From Macrostomum lignano (taxonomy: Eukaryota): a stretch of DNA of 41,924 nucleotides. Made by a program: the position numbers and the translations under genes. The notes below the pieces were generated by a model. It did no database searches and was not told the DNA's origin. It was given only the letters and a program-made list of their open reading frames with translations. The first letter of the stretch is position 1, and the number at the start of each line of letters is the position of its first letter. Location of the stretch: NCBI GenBank assembly GCA_002269645.1, contig NIVC01004562.1:1-41924 (forward strand), in the 5' to 3' direction. Below are positions 22,322 to 34,619 of this stretch, one piece after another.

Positions 22322-22880
22322 GATGGTGTAGAAGATAGTCACTATCCTGGGTATCTCATTGGGAAGTGTCATCATAAACCTGCATAAACAACTATACCTT
22401 AGCAAGGTGGTGTCTGCATGATGGGTCTCCTATTACCTAACTAAATAACAAAAGCAGCATAGGGTGGAATGCTATACAGGTTCAATAGTAGTAGCTCAAA
22501 CTTAGTGTCTAAGGTTGTAAGTGGCAATGAGACCTGGGTATACAATTACAACCCTAAGTCCAAGCAGCAGTTGGCATAGTAGATGCCCATTGGTGGTAGG
22601 CCAATGACAAAGCTAATGTGATCTCACAGCATTGCAAAGCAGATGGTGGTAGTTTTCATGGCCTATAGCAGCTTAGTGGCTACCTACAATGCCACTAGTG
22701 ACATAGTGCACAATGACCGCCTGCTAGTACGTGACCAATTGCTTGCCAAAAGTTCTACAGGCAATTGGCCAGCAATGGCCAAGGACTAGACATCATGGCA
22801 TGCTGTTGCACCAAGACAATGTGCCCGCATAAATGGTGCAATAGATGTAGCAGTTTTTGTAGCAACAGTGAGTGCAACTA
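22322..22880 (+). mobile_element. Decayed mariner transposase pseudogene
   Basis: Across stops and frameshifts: GISLGSVIINLHKQLYLSKVVSA*WVSYYLTK*QKQHRVEC (WVPHEL-like region), VVSGNETWVYNYNPKSKQQ (GDETW motif, ~22523), KQMVVVF, and CLPKVLQAIGQQWPRTRHHGMLLHQDNVPA (HDNA motif, ~22812). Confidence 0.85.
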
Positions 22881-23797
22881 TCTTCCTTGCTTATTTGCTA
22901 CATAGATTAAGTAGAAATTATTCCTATAGTACTGTGGGGATAAGCATTGCCTTTATATTATTATAATATAAGATAAGACAATATAAGATGATATAAATTC
23001 TATAATCTATAACCATAGCTACCATTTGGCAAGATCTCTATAGCCACAATCCATAACCAAATTCTACTAAAAAGTGTTGCCCTAAGTTTCCCCATAAGGC
23101 CATAACCATAGCCTTAATTATGGTAGAACACTACAAAACTATTATAGGCCTACAGTTCAGATAAATATGAGGCCTAGCAGTAGCACAATGGCTCTTGACT
23201 TTGCTTTGCTTTTAGTTTTTGGCTTTATTACCCTAGAAAATCAAGCTAATATGGCAAGAGTTAAAATTTAAAAAAGTTTCTTGGTAATAATTACTATCCA
23301 AGTTCTACTAGGCCTAATCTAGGCCTAAAGCTTAAACCAGTCAGAAAAGCCATGTTTTCTAAAACAAATATCATAACATGAAAGATCCATTTTAATGAAG
23401 CAAAACCAAACTAAGCTAGTAGGTCTAATACGTATATTTACTGGGGTCTAACCTACGCTTTTTAGTTTTGAAAAGGGCCCTGTACTGATACTGACAGTTA
23501 TTATTTTAAAAACCGGCAGTCAATTATCTAGTTAAAAAAGTGCGCTTTACAAGTTAAGAATAACAACTTAAAGCAACAATAAGCTAAGTTAATCTTAAAA
23601 CCATAATTTTCTGCTATTTTTACTTAAAATTTAAACTTAGCAATCAGTTCATTCAGTGTAAGATAGACAGTAAGTTTTTCATACAGTTTTGTAAGCAAAT
23701 TCAACATGATTTAAACATTTATTTAAATCATTTAATTTTGTCGAAGCAAATATTTAAAGTCGTTACCAAATTGACTAAAATATCATTAGATATATCA

Positions 23798-26700
23798 ATG
23801 GAGGGTCGAGAAAGCTTTGCTAGTATTGCTTTTAATGAAGAACCACTACACACAAGATGTTGGTTACTGCCTGAAGGAAGGAAGGCAAGGTAAGAGAACT
23901 TAGATGCTAGTTATATGAGAGTACTTACTTTTATTCTCTTGTCTTAACAATATCTAATTTGACTTAAACTTCTCATTTTAGAGCAATTTTATTTATTGCC
24001 CATGGGTTAGGCGAGCACTCTGCTTGTTATGACAAACTTGTTGATATATTTGTATCCAAGGATATTCTTGTCTACTCCCATGATCATTGTAAGTCTTAGC
24101 ATTTGGCTTTGCTTGATTTTGCTATAAAAAGTTATTTAATATATAGCTCAGAATAGTAACGTATATACTATGTAGAATAGAAGCTTTTCACTAGTCCAAT
24201 ATTCATTGTCTATAATTTTTCTTTTTATATGAATAGTTTATGATTCAATATATCGTATTATTTACTAAAAAATCTATTATACATGACTAGGTCAAGAGAC
24301 AGTAAGACATTAGCCATGTTACAATGCTATTACTTCATTATCTCATTATTATCTTATTCTATTAATAAATAGATTAGGAATTTTGTAGTATTACTTTAAT
24401 GAGATTGTTGGAGTTCTATTCCCTCACTCTGCTCTAGTTTCTAGAGTTCTATTCCTATATTCTACTCTAGTTTCTGAGTTCTATTCCTTCACTCTACTCT
24501 GGTTTCTAGAGTTCTATTCCCACATTCAGCTGTCAGCTCATAGTTTTTATTCCACCAAAGTTCTACACCCACCCCATTAATTGCACAGATGGGCACGGTC
24601 TGAGTCCTGGTGTGCCAGGCCTAGTCTCGAACATGCAGGACATTGTTGATCCAGTGCTAAGCCACGCCAGACAGATTCGGTCAGCCAATCCTGGCACACC
24701 AATTTTCCTCATGGGTCACTCCATGGGCGGACTGGCTGCGGTGCTGTGCGCAAAAGCTGAACCTGGTCTGTTTCGCGGCCTGTTGCTCAACGCACCAGCT
24801 CTGGGCGTTAATCCAGCATTCGCGCCAGCTTGGAAGATTACCGTAGGCAGATGGTTGGCCTACCTGTGTCCGCAGATGGTTATGCCGTTCTCAGAGATGA
24901 AGGTGCTGCGACTTTCTGTCTTAATTATTAACATTATCCCCAATCGTCATACCTTTTTAAATTGTAGCTTATGCCAGTCCATTGTTTAGAGAGGCAGACT
25001 ATTTGATTCCCTGTGAAACCTACCGTTTAATTCCCTGTGAAACCTACCGTTTAATTCCCCAAGCGGCCGACCGTTTATTCCCCGAGCGGCCTACTATTTA
25101 ATTCCCCGAGAGACCGACCGTTTAATTCCACAAGAGGCCGACCGTATAGTTTCCCGAGAGGCCGACTGTTTAATTCCCTGTAAAACCTACCGTTTAATTC
25201 CCCGAGAAGCCTACCGTTAATTCCCTAAGAGGCCGACCGTTTAAATCCCCGAGAGGCCAATATTTTAATTCCCTGTGAAACCCAGCGTTTAATTCCCCAA
25301 GCGGCCGACCGTTTAATTCCCCGATAGGCCTACCGTTTAATTCCCCCAGAGCCCAACCTTTTAATTCCCTGTGAAACCTTCCGTTTAATTCTCCAAGAGG
25401 CCGACCGTTTAATTCCCTGTGAAACCTTCCGTTTAATTCTCCAAGAGGCCGACCGTTTAATTCCCTGTGAAACCTTCCGTTTAATTCTCCAAGAGGCCGA
25501 CCGTTTAATTCCCTGTGAAACCTTCCGTTTAATTCTCCAAGAGGCCGACCGTTTAATTCCCTGTGAAACCTTCCGTTTAATTCTCCAAGAGGCCGACCGT
25601 TTAATTCCCCTAGAGGCCTACCGTTTAATTCCCCCAGAGCCCAACCTTTTAATTCCCTGTGAAACCTTCCGTTTAATTCTCCAAGAGGCCGACCGTTTAA
25701 TTCCCCTAGAGGCCTACCGTTTAATTCCCCCAGAGCCCAACCTTTTAATTCCCCTAGAGGCCCACCGTTTTATTCCCCGAGCGGCCTACTGCTTGATTCT
25801 CCATGAAACCTAATTGAGAAGATTTATTGATTTCTAAAGATTTGAATTTACTTACTAAGTAGCGCACAGCGCAAATTTATTATGTGTTTTATATTACTAA
25901 AAAACAGGTGGAATACCTGACCTCGGACGAGGCAATGCGGGAAGAGTTAAAGAACGACCCGCTGCAGTTTAGTCGCGGAGTTCGCTGCGCCTCGGGCTTG
26001 GCTATCATTGACGCTATCGAGTCGCTGGCCGAGTACCGAGCTGACTTCCCCTTCATTGTGCTGCACGCCAGGCCCGACATGCTCACTTATTATCAGGGTA
26101 GCGAGCGATTCTTTCAACGGGCTGTCACTGAGGATAAAGAGTTTGTTAGCTTCGACAATCTGGGCCACCAGCTGCACTATGAGGTAAGCCTAAGGCATTC
26201 GGCACACTATCGGTGTTTCATTGCGCGTGAGCTCATTGGTCCTCAATCGGTGTTGTCGTGTGTTTTTTCTGCTTTCACTGACCACAATTTGTGTCTTGTA
26301 TGTGTCTGGTCTTATTGATCATCAGATGTGTCTCATTGATCATCAGATGTGTCTCATTGATCATCAGATGTGTCTCATTGATCCTCAGCTGTGTCTCATT
26401 GTCATTGATCCTCAGTTGTGTCTCATTGATCCTCAGTTGTGTCTCATTGATCATCAGATGTGTCTCATTGATCATCAGATGTGTCTCATTGATCCTCAGC
26501 TGTGTCTCATTGTCATTGATCCTCAGTTGTGTCTCATTGATCCTCAGTTGTGTCTCATTAGTCCTCAGTTGTGTCTCATTGATCCTCAGTTGTGTCTCAT
26601 TAGTCCTCAGTTGTGTCTCATTAGTCCTCAGTTGTGTCTCATTAGTCCTCAGTTGTGTCTCATTAGTCCTCAGTTGTGTCTCATTAGTCCTCAGTTGTGT

Positions 26701-27012
26701 CTCATTAGTCCTCAGTTGTGTCTCATTAGTCCTCAGTTGTGTCTCATTGATCCTCAGTTGTCTCTCATTGTCATTGATACTCAGTTGTGTCTCATTGATC
26801 CTCAGTTGTCTCTCATTTATTGGTCCTCAGCTGTGTCTCATTGTTCCTCAGTTAGGTCTCATTGGTCCTGTTTATTTACAAATTTAATGCCTCCTACTTA
26901 TCAAGCTAGTAGTATATAGCGAAATTGATTTCCCTTTCAATTTATCCAGGTCGAGCCTTACCGGAGCCAAGTCCGAGAGGCGATGTGCAATTGGATTCTC
27001 AGCAGGTGTTAA
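23798..27012 (+). CDS. MGLL: Monoglyceride lipase-like alpha/beta hydrolase (Hydrolase_4), 5 exons, ~283 aa
   Basis: Exons 23798-23889, 23982-24088, 24589-24902, 25908-26183 and 26950-27012, all GT-AG with matching phases (2,1,0,0). Motifs: FIAHGLGEHS, HDHYGHGLS, nucleophile GHSMGG, catalytic Asp in LHARPDMLT, catalytic His in GHQLHYE. Confidence 0.92.
24412..24521. repeat. 33-bp intronic minisatellite (GAGTTCTATTCCCTCACTCTGCTCTAGTTTCTA), ~3.3 copies
   Basis: Located in MGLL intron 2. Confidence 0.8.
25005..25805. repeat. 24-bp intronic minisatellite (TTCCCTGTGAAACCTACCGTTTAA / TTCCCCAAGAGGCCGACCGTTTAA) forming 48-bp dimers
   Basis: Located in MGLL intron 3; CCGTTTAATT core recurs every 24 bp. 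Confidence 0.93.
26313..26870. repeat. 21-bp intronic minisatellite (GATCCTCAGTTGTGTCTCATT)
   Basis: Located in MGLL intron 4; gives the 7-aa periodic pseudo-ORFs at 26221, 26275 and 26291. Confidence 0.95.
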
Positions 27013-27669
27013 TTATGCCTAATTAACTCCGCCAATCGATTAAAACAAATTGGTACAATTAAACTACAAAGTAAAGCTCGCGAAAACGAAGATAATTGCT
27101 GACTCTTATCAATTCATCGGGAAAACTTCTTAAGTCACTTTACATTCGCTTGCTAGCATGATTTCAGAAATGTTTGTTTTAAAAATCCTACTAGCTTTCT
27201 ATTCTGTCTGTAGTAATTAATTGTTCTCATGGTTTTGTTTGTCACCCCTCCTTAACTGTTGTGTGCGCATTGCCTACTTCTCTATCCAGTTTAATCCCCT
27301 GTGAAACAATCAGTTAATTGAGTCACTTAATGATTAAGGGGCACTGCGGCTATTCAAGGCGACAGCCAACCAGCCATCGAGGACGCAAGCTGTCATGTCC
27401 GTCACTGACTACTAAAAGTAGAAGGATGGGAGACCTCGTTTCTTGGAAAAAAATTCATTTGCTTTACGCTAAATTCACTACTTAAAAAGGTTTACAAATA
27501 TTTTATTGAAAATTATTTAATCATTTGCGTAAGAATACTTGACTTCACAAAATCACCAAAAGATATATTCAAAGACGATCAGTCGATCTGCATCTGGCAA
27601 AACGCATTGTTGAAAGTTTCTATGAAAATTGTCTCAGATACAATCTGTTTTCAATAAAAAACATTTTGT

Positions 27670-27910
27670 GTTTCTAAGAAAAAAAATTAAAAATTCTAAG
27701 AAACAATCATCGGTCTATTTGTTTTTAACAAAAAGCATTTATCGTGTCTAAGAAAATTTTCTAAGAAACGATTATTTGATAGTTTGCTCCTAGCAAAAAG
27801 CAATTTTCCTCGTTTTTAGTAAATTTCTAAGAAACGAATAGTTGATAATCTGCTTCCACAAAAAAGCAACTTTTCTTTCTAAGAAAAATTTCTAAGAAAT
27901 GACGCCCCCG
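27670..27910. repeat. Degenerate ~65-bp repeats built on TCTAAGAAA, possibly subterminal repeats of a DNA transposon
   Basis: TCTAAGAAA occurs about 7 times in 240 bp; the region ends in GACGCCCCC. Confidence 0.45.
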
Positions 27911-28459
27911 TCCCTCTGCTGTCATTGCTGATCATTTATTTTTAGTGTCTGAAGTTTTTAGATTTTAAAAGAATATATAATTATTTTCCGCGAAATTTTC
28001 TGTTTTTCTGTCGTGTTTTACTTATTAAATTAATAATCTCTATAGTAACTGAACTGATTGCTGTTATTATCAACACAGCGCCAGTCTGCGTGCACCAACG
28101 TGTTCATTAGGTGTCTTTGTATCTCATTAAGTCAACGATTATCTGAAATTGTCATTTTTGCAAGTGCATTAAAACTATTGGCTAATTAGCTCGGTTTATT
28201 TTGTTAGGCAAATGCAGACAGGAAGGCCATAGCCAAGAGAGTTAAGGGAGGTCCGTCACTCTGCCATCTGCTTATTCACACCAAGTAAAATCAAACTCCC
28301 TTGTGCTGTAGGTCGTGTAACGGGCCTCATCGATTCTGAGAGATTGATGGACGGAGACAGAAAATGAGAATAAAATTAGCAAACAGCGCCCCACAAGTTG
28401 GGGAGCCAACAAAGAATATAATAAAAAATTGAATAAACTGCATGCAGCTTCTGATCTCT

Positions 28460-28818
28460 CAGCCTTGACATTTCGGCAATTCCCCGTCAGCCTTGACATC
28501 TCAGCAATTCCCCGTCAGCCTTGACATCTCAGCAATTCCCCGTCAGCCTTGACATCTCAGCAATCCTTCCCCTCAGCCTTGACATCTCAGCAATTCCCCG
28601 TCAGCCTTGACATCTCAGCAATTCCCCGTCAGCCTTGACATCTCAGCAATCCTTCCCCTCAGCCTTGACATCTCAGCAATTCCCCGTCAGCCTTGACATC
28701 TCAGCAATCCCCCCTCAGCCTTGACATCTCAGCAATCCCCCCTCAGCCTTGACATCTCAGCAATCCCCCCTCAGCCTTGACATCTCAGCAATCCCCCCTC
28801 AGCCTTGACATCTCAGCA
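28460..28818. repeat. 28-30 bp minisatellite (CAGCCTTGACATCTCAGCAATTCCCCGT), ~13 copies
   Basis: Direct reading. Confidence 0.95.
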
Positions 28819-29716
28819 AAGAAGCTACAGAACGAGTGTAGCATGTACTGTCTGATCTCTCTCCTTCGCTCACGCCCTAGCCTTCTCCAACGTGCCCCGG
28901 CATCGCTTTTTCGCTCTTGCATTGTCACACAACAATGGCACGCTGTGCTCACTATGCACTACTAAAGAAATTTATAATATATATAAGCTCACATATACGT
29001 CCATGAAGTTATATAACAATCGAGTGACCAATGCATGCAGCATTATTTGGTCACTCGTTATACCTGTATACATGTAGCTTCTTTGGTCACTCGATCTCCA
29101 GGCTGCTCGCTCAAAATGCTGGTAAGCTTGATCTCCATCTCCACCCAGAAATCCAATATAAAAATCTGTGAAAAGCCAAATTTCCTGCCCTGCAATACGA
29201 GCATGGAACTTGTTGCCCTGTGAATTATCCTAATACAGTTTTTCCATACATGAATGCTAATCTTATTTCTGCCAAAACTCGAGCTGGCTCTCCATCGCGC
29301 AAGGCCTCGCCTTGGAAATCAATCGACTTTTTGCTCTACAGAGAGCATGCATTATTATTATTCGGTGACATCTGACTCGCAGAGAGAGAATTTAGATTAA
29401 TACAGTGCCATATCACTTTCATCTCTCGGTCGATCGTATCAGCATTCGGTTGGAGAGCCACTCCATCCCCCAGTCCGAGGACCCCTTGGGATCTGCTTTC
29501 TTGCATCGATTAATTCGATTATGATGCCACGTGAATTCTATTTCAATATTCACTGAGAGACTGGGAGAGGGTTTCTCAGGCTACTCGATACAGAGACATG
29601 TGAGTACCGTTGCCATGAATTGTGTATTAGGATTGCTTTTGGAATTATATAGCTGATTATCTTTATCTGGCCTTTAAAACACTGTATGCCCATACTTTGC
29701 AGTGGAGTTCTAGAAA

Positions 29717-31053
29717 TTCAGCTTCTTTGGTACCTCGTTGTGTAGCTTCTTTGGTACCTCGTTGTGTAGCTTTTTTGGTCAGTTGTTATTTGGCTTCTTT
29801 GGTCACTCGTTATGTAGCTTCTATGGTCACTCGTTATGCAGCTTCTTTCGTCACTTTTTATGTAGCTTCTTTGGTCACTCGTTATGTAGCTTCTTTGGTC
29901 ACTCGTTATGCGGCTTCTTTCGTCACGATCGTTATGTAGCTTCTTTCGTCACGATCGTTATGTAGCTTCTTTCGTCACGATCGTTATGTAGCTTCTTTGG
30001 TCACTCTTTGTGTAGCTTCTTTGGTCACTCGTTGTGTAGCTTCTTTGGTCACTCGTTATGTTGCTTCTATGGTCACTCGTTATTTAGCTTCTTTGGTCAC
30101 TCGTTATGTAGCTTCTTTGGTCACTCGATCTGTAGCTTTTTTGGTCACTCGTTATGCGGCTTCTTTCGTCACGATCGTTATGTAGCTTCTTTGGTCACGA
30201 TCGTTATGTAGCTTCTTTCGTCACGATCGTTATGTAGCTTCTTTCGTCACGATCGTTATGTAGCTTCTTTGGTCACTCTTTGTGTAGCTTCTTTGGTCAC
30301 TCGTTGTGTAGCTTCTTTGGTCACTCGTTATGTAGCTTCTTTCGTCACGATCGTTATGTAGCTTCTTTGGTCACTCTTTGTGTAGCTTCTTTGGTCACTC
30401 GTTGTGTAGCTTCTTTGGTCACTCGTTATGTTGCTTCTATGGTCACTCGTTATTTAGCTTCTTTGGTCACTCGTTATGTAGCTTCTTTGGTCACTCGATC
30501 TGTAGCTTCTTTGGTCACTCGATCTGTAGCTTTTTTGGTCACTCGTTATGCGGCTTCTTTCGTCACGATCGTTATGTAGCTTCTTTGGTCACGATCGTTA
30601 TGTAGCTTCTTTCGTCACGATCGTTATGTAGCTTCTTTCGTCACGATCGTTATGTAGCTTCTTTGGTCACTCTTTGTGTAGCTTCTTTGGTCACTCGTTG
30701 TGTAGCTTCTTTGGTCACTCGTTATGTTGCTTCTATGGTCACTCGTTATTTAGCTTCTTTGGTCACTCGTTATGTAGCTTCTTTGGTCACTCGATCTGTA
30801 GCTTCTTTGGTCACTCGATCTGTAGCTTTTTTGGTCACTCGTTATGCGGCTTCTTTCGTCACGATCGTTATGTAGCTTCTTTGGTCACAATCGTTATGTA
30901 GCTTCTTTCGTCACGATCGTTATGTAGCTTCTTTCGTCACGATCGTTGTGTAGCTTCTTTGGTCACTCGATCTGTAGCTTCTTTGGTCACTCGTTATGTA
31001 GCTTCTTTGGTCACTCGATCTGTAGCTTTTTTGGTCACTCGATCTGTAGCTTC
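29717..31053. repeat. 24/26-bp satellite (TGTAGCTTCTTTGGTCACTCGTTA / TGTAGCTTCTTTCGTCACGATCGTTA) with a ~296-bp higher-order unit
   Basis: Identical pseudo-ORFs at 30378 and 30674 are offset by 296 = 8x24 + 4x26. Confidence 0.96.
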
Positions 31054-32028
31054 TTCTTGGCATACATCTTGATGCATACTGTAAGACGCGAAATTCAGCT
31101 TATACGCCCCATGCATAGGAAATATTAGCTACGCTTCTGGGTCTCACGTCGCCTTTGCAGCTCTCTAGGAAGAGATGTTTTACGGGAGAACCCGTGCCAT
31201 TGAGTGGCAGTCCTTGGGAAGAGCCTGACCCAAAGCCTGACCTCATTAATGCCTCTGAATACGCTCGCAGGATGTCTGCTTGAAAAGTCGCGGCTAAAGC
31301 AATCGCGGCAAGACCAAGCTATAAATTGGCCTCCTAGCAAAACTTCTTTTTCTACCCTCCCCCTGGCTGTGCTTAATTTCGCGCTCCGTTGAGATTTAAA
31401 ACCTCACTATAGAAAATAGGCAGTACTCATACTAATATATAAGCTACTCAGCAAAAACTGGTTCCGCAGACGATTTGCATCTAATCAAAGCTCAAAAGAC
31501 TCGTTTCGTTTTTTTTGTTCTGAGATGCAGACAGTTGAAAGAAGAGAGGCACTGAATTAATTATTTAATGGCAAATAGTATGGGCATCGAATGGGACGGA
31601 CTGACTTGTTTATAGAGACCTGAATTGAAGGCAAGCAGTTGGCACAATGAAAGCGAGTCGTGAGCAAGCCAAGCGAAAGTTAAAGTTTCTTGCTTTCTAC
31701 TTTGCTCCCTGCTCTACGATGCTGTATCACTCTGGTCCTATTGAGCAGCGCCATTAACTGGTTTATTAGTGTAGAGAGCAGTGAAGATAACATCTCTCTC
31801 TCTCTGTTCTCATCTCTGCCTCTGATTGTCTGTCTTTCTACAGCTTGGTTTGGCTGATGCCATGGTCTCTTCTGGTTTGCTGAGCCCAGCCTTGGCCAAT
31901 GGAGAGAGCGCAGCGACCCGTCAGTCAGTCTACGGCTCCTTATTCCCACTGGGGGAGCTAGCTTCAGCTAATATCTCTCTCTGTCGGCTCTACACTGGAT
32001 GCATAACCTTCGACGGTTTAGCATAGCC

Positions 32029-34619
32029 ATGACTGCTCAGCTTCTTTGTCGTCTTCATCAACTCATCTTGCTGTCCAATTTGTTGGCCTTTTCATCTCAA
32101 CAACAACAGCAGCAGCCGTGGCAGCCTCCGCAGGCTGAACTGCCGTCGCCTCAATGCGTCTGCTTCGTTCGTAGACCGGACAGTGAGCACCCGCCGCACC
32201 AGCAGCAGCATCCGCAGCAGCAGCTGTTCTGCCGGAACCGGCACTCTCTGCCGGGCGACCCCGCCACGACTTCAGCCGGTCACGTTGGCGGCCGGCCAGT
32301 GGCCAAGGACTTTCTTTGCTCCCACGGCCGCCTGTTCGTCCGCGGCGCCGGCGTCACCGCTATCGAGGGCGAACTGGCGCGCAGTCTGGAAGTGGCGCCC
32401 AGACTGCAGTGGCTCGACTTGAGCGACAATCAGCTTGGCGCCCTGCAGCAGCCGCACTTCGCTTCGATGCCAAACTTGCGTCGTCTTGAGCTACAGAACA
32501 ACGCCATCGCGTCTGTCGGCTTCCAGGCGTTCGATCGGCTTCGATTTCTCATCTACCTGGACCTCAGCCACAATCGAATCGACGAGGTCACGGCGCTCAC
32601 CTTCGGCACGAGGCGAGTCCGCGAGCGCCACCCGAGCGCCGGCTCGTCCTGCGGCATCCGCAGCCTCCGCTTCCTTTATTTGAACGACAACCGCATCAGT
32701 CGCGTCGAGCCGAACAGCTTCGAATGCCTCGAAGCGCTCGAGGAGCTCCGACTGGAGCGCAACCTCATCGCTGTGCTACCGAACTTCGCTTTCAAATGGC
32801 TGAACTCGCTCAACAGTCTGAAGCTGCATGGCAACCGGCTGGAAAGCGTGGAGGAATTCGCATTCGGCCACTGCTGCGGCCGCCTGACTCAGCTCAGCCT
32901 GGTGGACAATCAGCTTGGCTACCTGCCGGACCATCTGCTCATCGGCATGCCGAATCTCACCGGGCTCTACCTGGACCGAAACCAATTCGATCGAGTGCCC
33001 AGCGTTCGAGGACCAGCCAGACTAATCGACTTTCACCTGCAAAGAAACCACATTGTCCGAATTAGGCGCCGGCATTTCCTGGCCTGGTCAGCCGCGGCCG
33101 AGTCATTGAACATGTTCGACAACAGCCTGCGCTGGATCGAGGACGGCGCCTTCGGCGGCCTGCCGCCGGGCACGGTCAGCCTTGTGCTGCAGAAGAACGA
33201 GCTGAGCAGCTTGGGCCAGCGGACACTGGACGGCTTGACTCACCTGAGGTACCTGGTGCTGGCAGACAATCGAATTGACAGCATCGAGGATGGCGCCTTC
33301 GGACACCTGGTCCGGCTGGAGACTCTGTCGCTGGCCGGGAACCGGCTGACCAGCCTGCGGCCGAACATGTTCGCCGGGCTAAATCGGACATTTGCGCTGA
33401 GCTTGGGTAGCAACGAGATTTCGAGGTGTGTTTCTATTTGTGTTTTCATTCGCGAGCAACTGCTAAAATGCTCCATATCCCCTCCCTATCTTACCCTAAC
33501 AGCCTCCCAACCAAAGCGTTCTCCCGCCTGCCCAGTCTGAAGTATCTCTACCTGGAGAAGAACAGCCTGGACTCTGTGCCAGCCGGCATGCTCTCGGGAC
33601 TGAACCGCCTCAAGAAGCTGGACCTCAGCGACAACCGCATCTCCAGGCTGCACCCGCAGGCCCTGGCCAGCCAGACTGACCTCGCCTTCCTCGACCTAAG
33701 CGGCAACCGGCTCAGTCGGCTCTGCTCAGCTCAGCTGCTCGGACCCGCCAATCGGCTGAGCTTCCTGTCTCTGGCCAAGAACCGCCTGACCCGACTCGAC
33801 CCCGACCTGCTGTCGGGCCTCAACCGCCTGCAGGTGCTCGACCTGAGCAGCAATCGGTTGACTCGATTCGACGGCGACCAATCCGACTCGCGGCTCACTG
33901 GCGGGCCGGCCCGGCTGCGCTCGCTGGATCTGGCCGGAAATCCACGGCTGCAGCTCACCGGCTGCTCCCTGTGCGGCCTGGAGACTCTGCGTTACGTCCG
34001 TCTGCCCGGAGTCGTCAACGGCAGCGGCATCGGCGACCTGCTGCAGGACCCGTCGTCGCCGTGCTCCTCGCCCGGCCAGCGAGCCGCCTGCCAGACGCTG
34101 CGGCGAGCTGAACTGGAGCAGCTGCGCACTGCGGCTTGTCGACAGCTGCCAGAAGACGCATCGATTCAAGGAGGAACCGCGCCACCGTCCACTGCGGCAG
34201 CGGCGGCAGCAGCAGCAGCAGCTGGCGATGCCAGTCTGCATCGGGCGATGCTTCTCGTATCGCTGCCGGCTGTGAGCCTCCTGCTGCTGACGCTGCTGGC
34301 CATAGCAACCGTGTACTGCTGCTTGGCCTCGATGCGGAAGCGGCGGCGGCAGCAGCAGCGCTCAAGACCGGTGGACGAGTCTGGGCCGGCAGCGGGTCTG
34401 TCGGCTGAGCTGACTCTGCCGGCGTCAGCGAGACATCGGCAGCTGCACGACGATTGTCAGCCCGGCGTCGGCCTGTTGGAGTTGAACATCGCGCAGCAGC
34501 GACTGTTCCAGCAGCGGCAGCAGCGGCAGCACAGAGGCTCCTGTTGCTCATCGTCTGTCGCGTCGTCCGGCTCCGAGATGCCGAAGTTTTCCAACAAAGT
34601 GTACAGCAACCTGCTGTAG
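32029..34619 (+). CDS. Type I transmembrane leucine-rich-repeat receptor, ~20 LRRs, no TIR domain, 2 exons, ~837 aa
   Basis: Exons 32029-33425 and 33503-34619; the 77-bp intron AG|GTGTGT...TAACAG|C joins the two track ORFs in frame (EISSLPTKAF). Features: signal-like N-terminus, Cys-containing LRRNT, ~20 LxxLxLxxN repeats, hydrophobic TM at ~34248-34335 followed by RKRRR, and a ~95-aa tail ending VYSNLL. Alternative ATG at 31999. Confidence 0.9.

Noticed and set aside
22021-22323. 100-aa ORF with ELPNQVPLL repeats
   Set aside because: Direct translation of the 30-bp minisatellite, with no splice or expression cues.
26221-26919. 232-aa and 198-aa Cys-rich periodic ORFs
   Set aside because: Translations of the 21-bp minisatellite inside MGLL intron 4.
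29697-31128. Cluster of CSFFGHSL and VASLVTRY repeat ORFs
   Set aside because: Translations of the 24/26-bp satellite.
31125-31400. Short GC-richer open frames (for example ...GEPVPLSGSPWEEPDPKPDLINASEYARRMSA*)
   Set aside because: About 50 codons, with no homology or convincing flanking exons.
33426-33540. Programmed frameshift between the two overlapping LRR ORFs
   Set aside because: A canonical 77-bp GT-AG intron (33426-33502) joins the frames and restores LRR periodicity.
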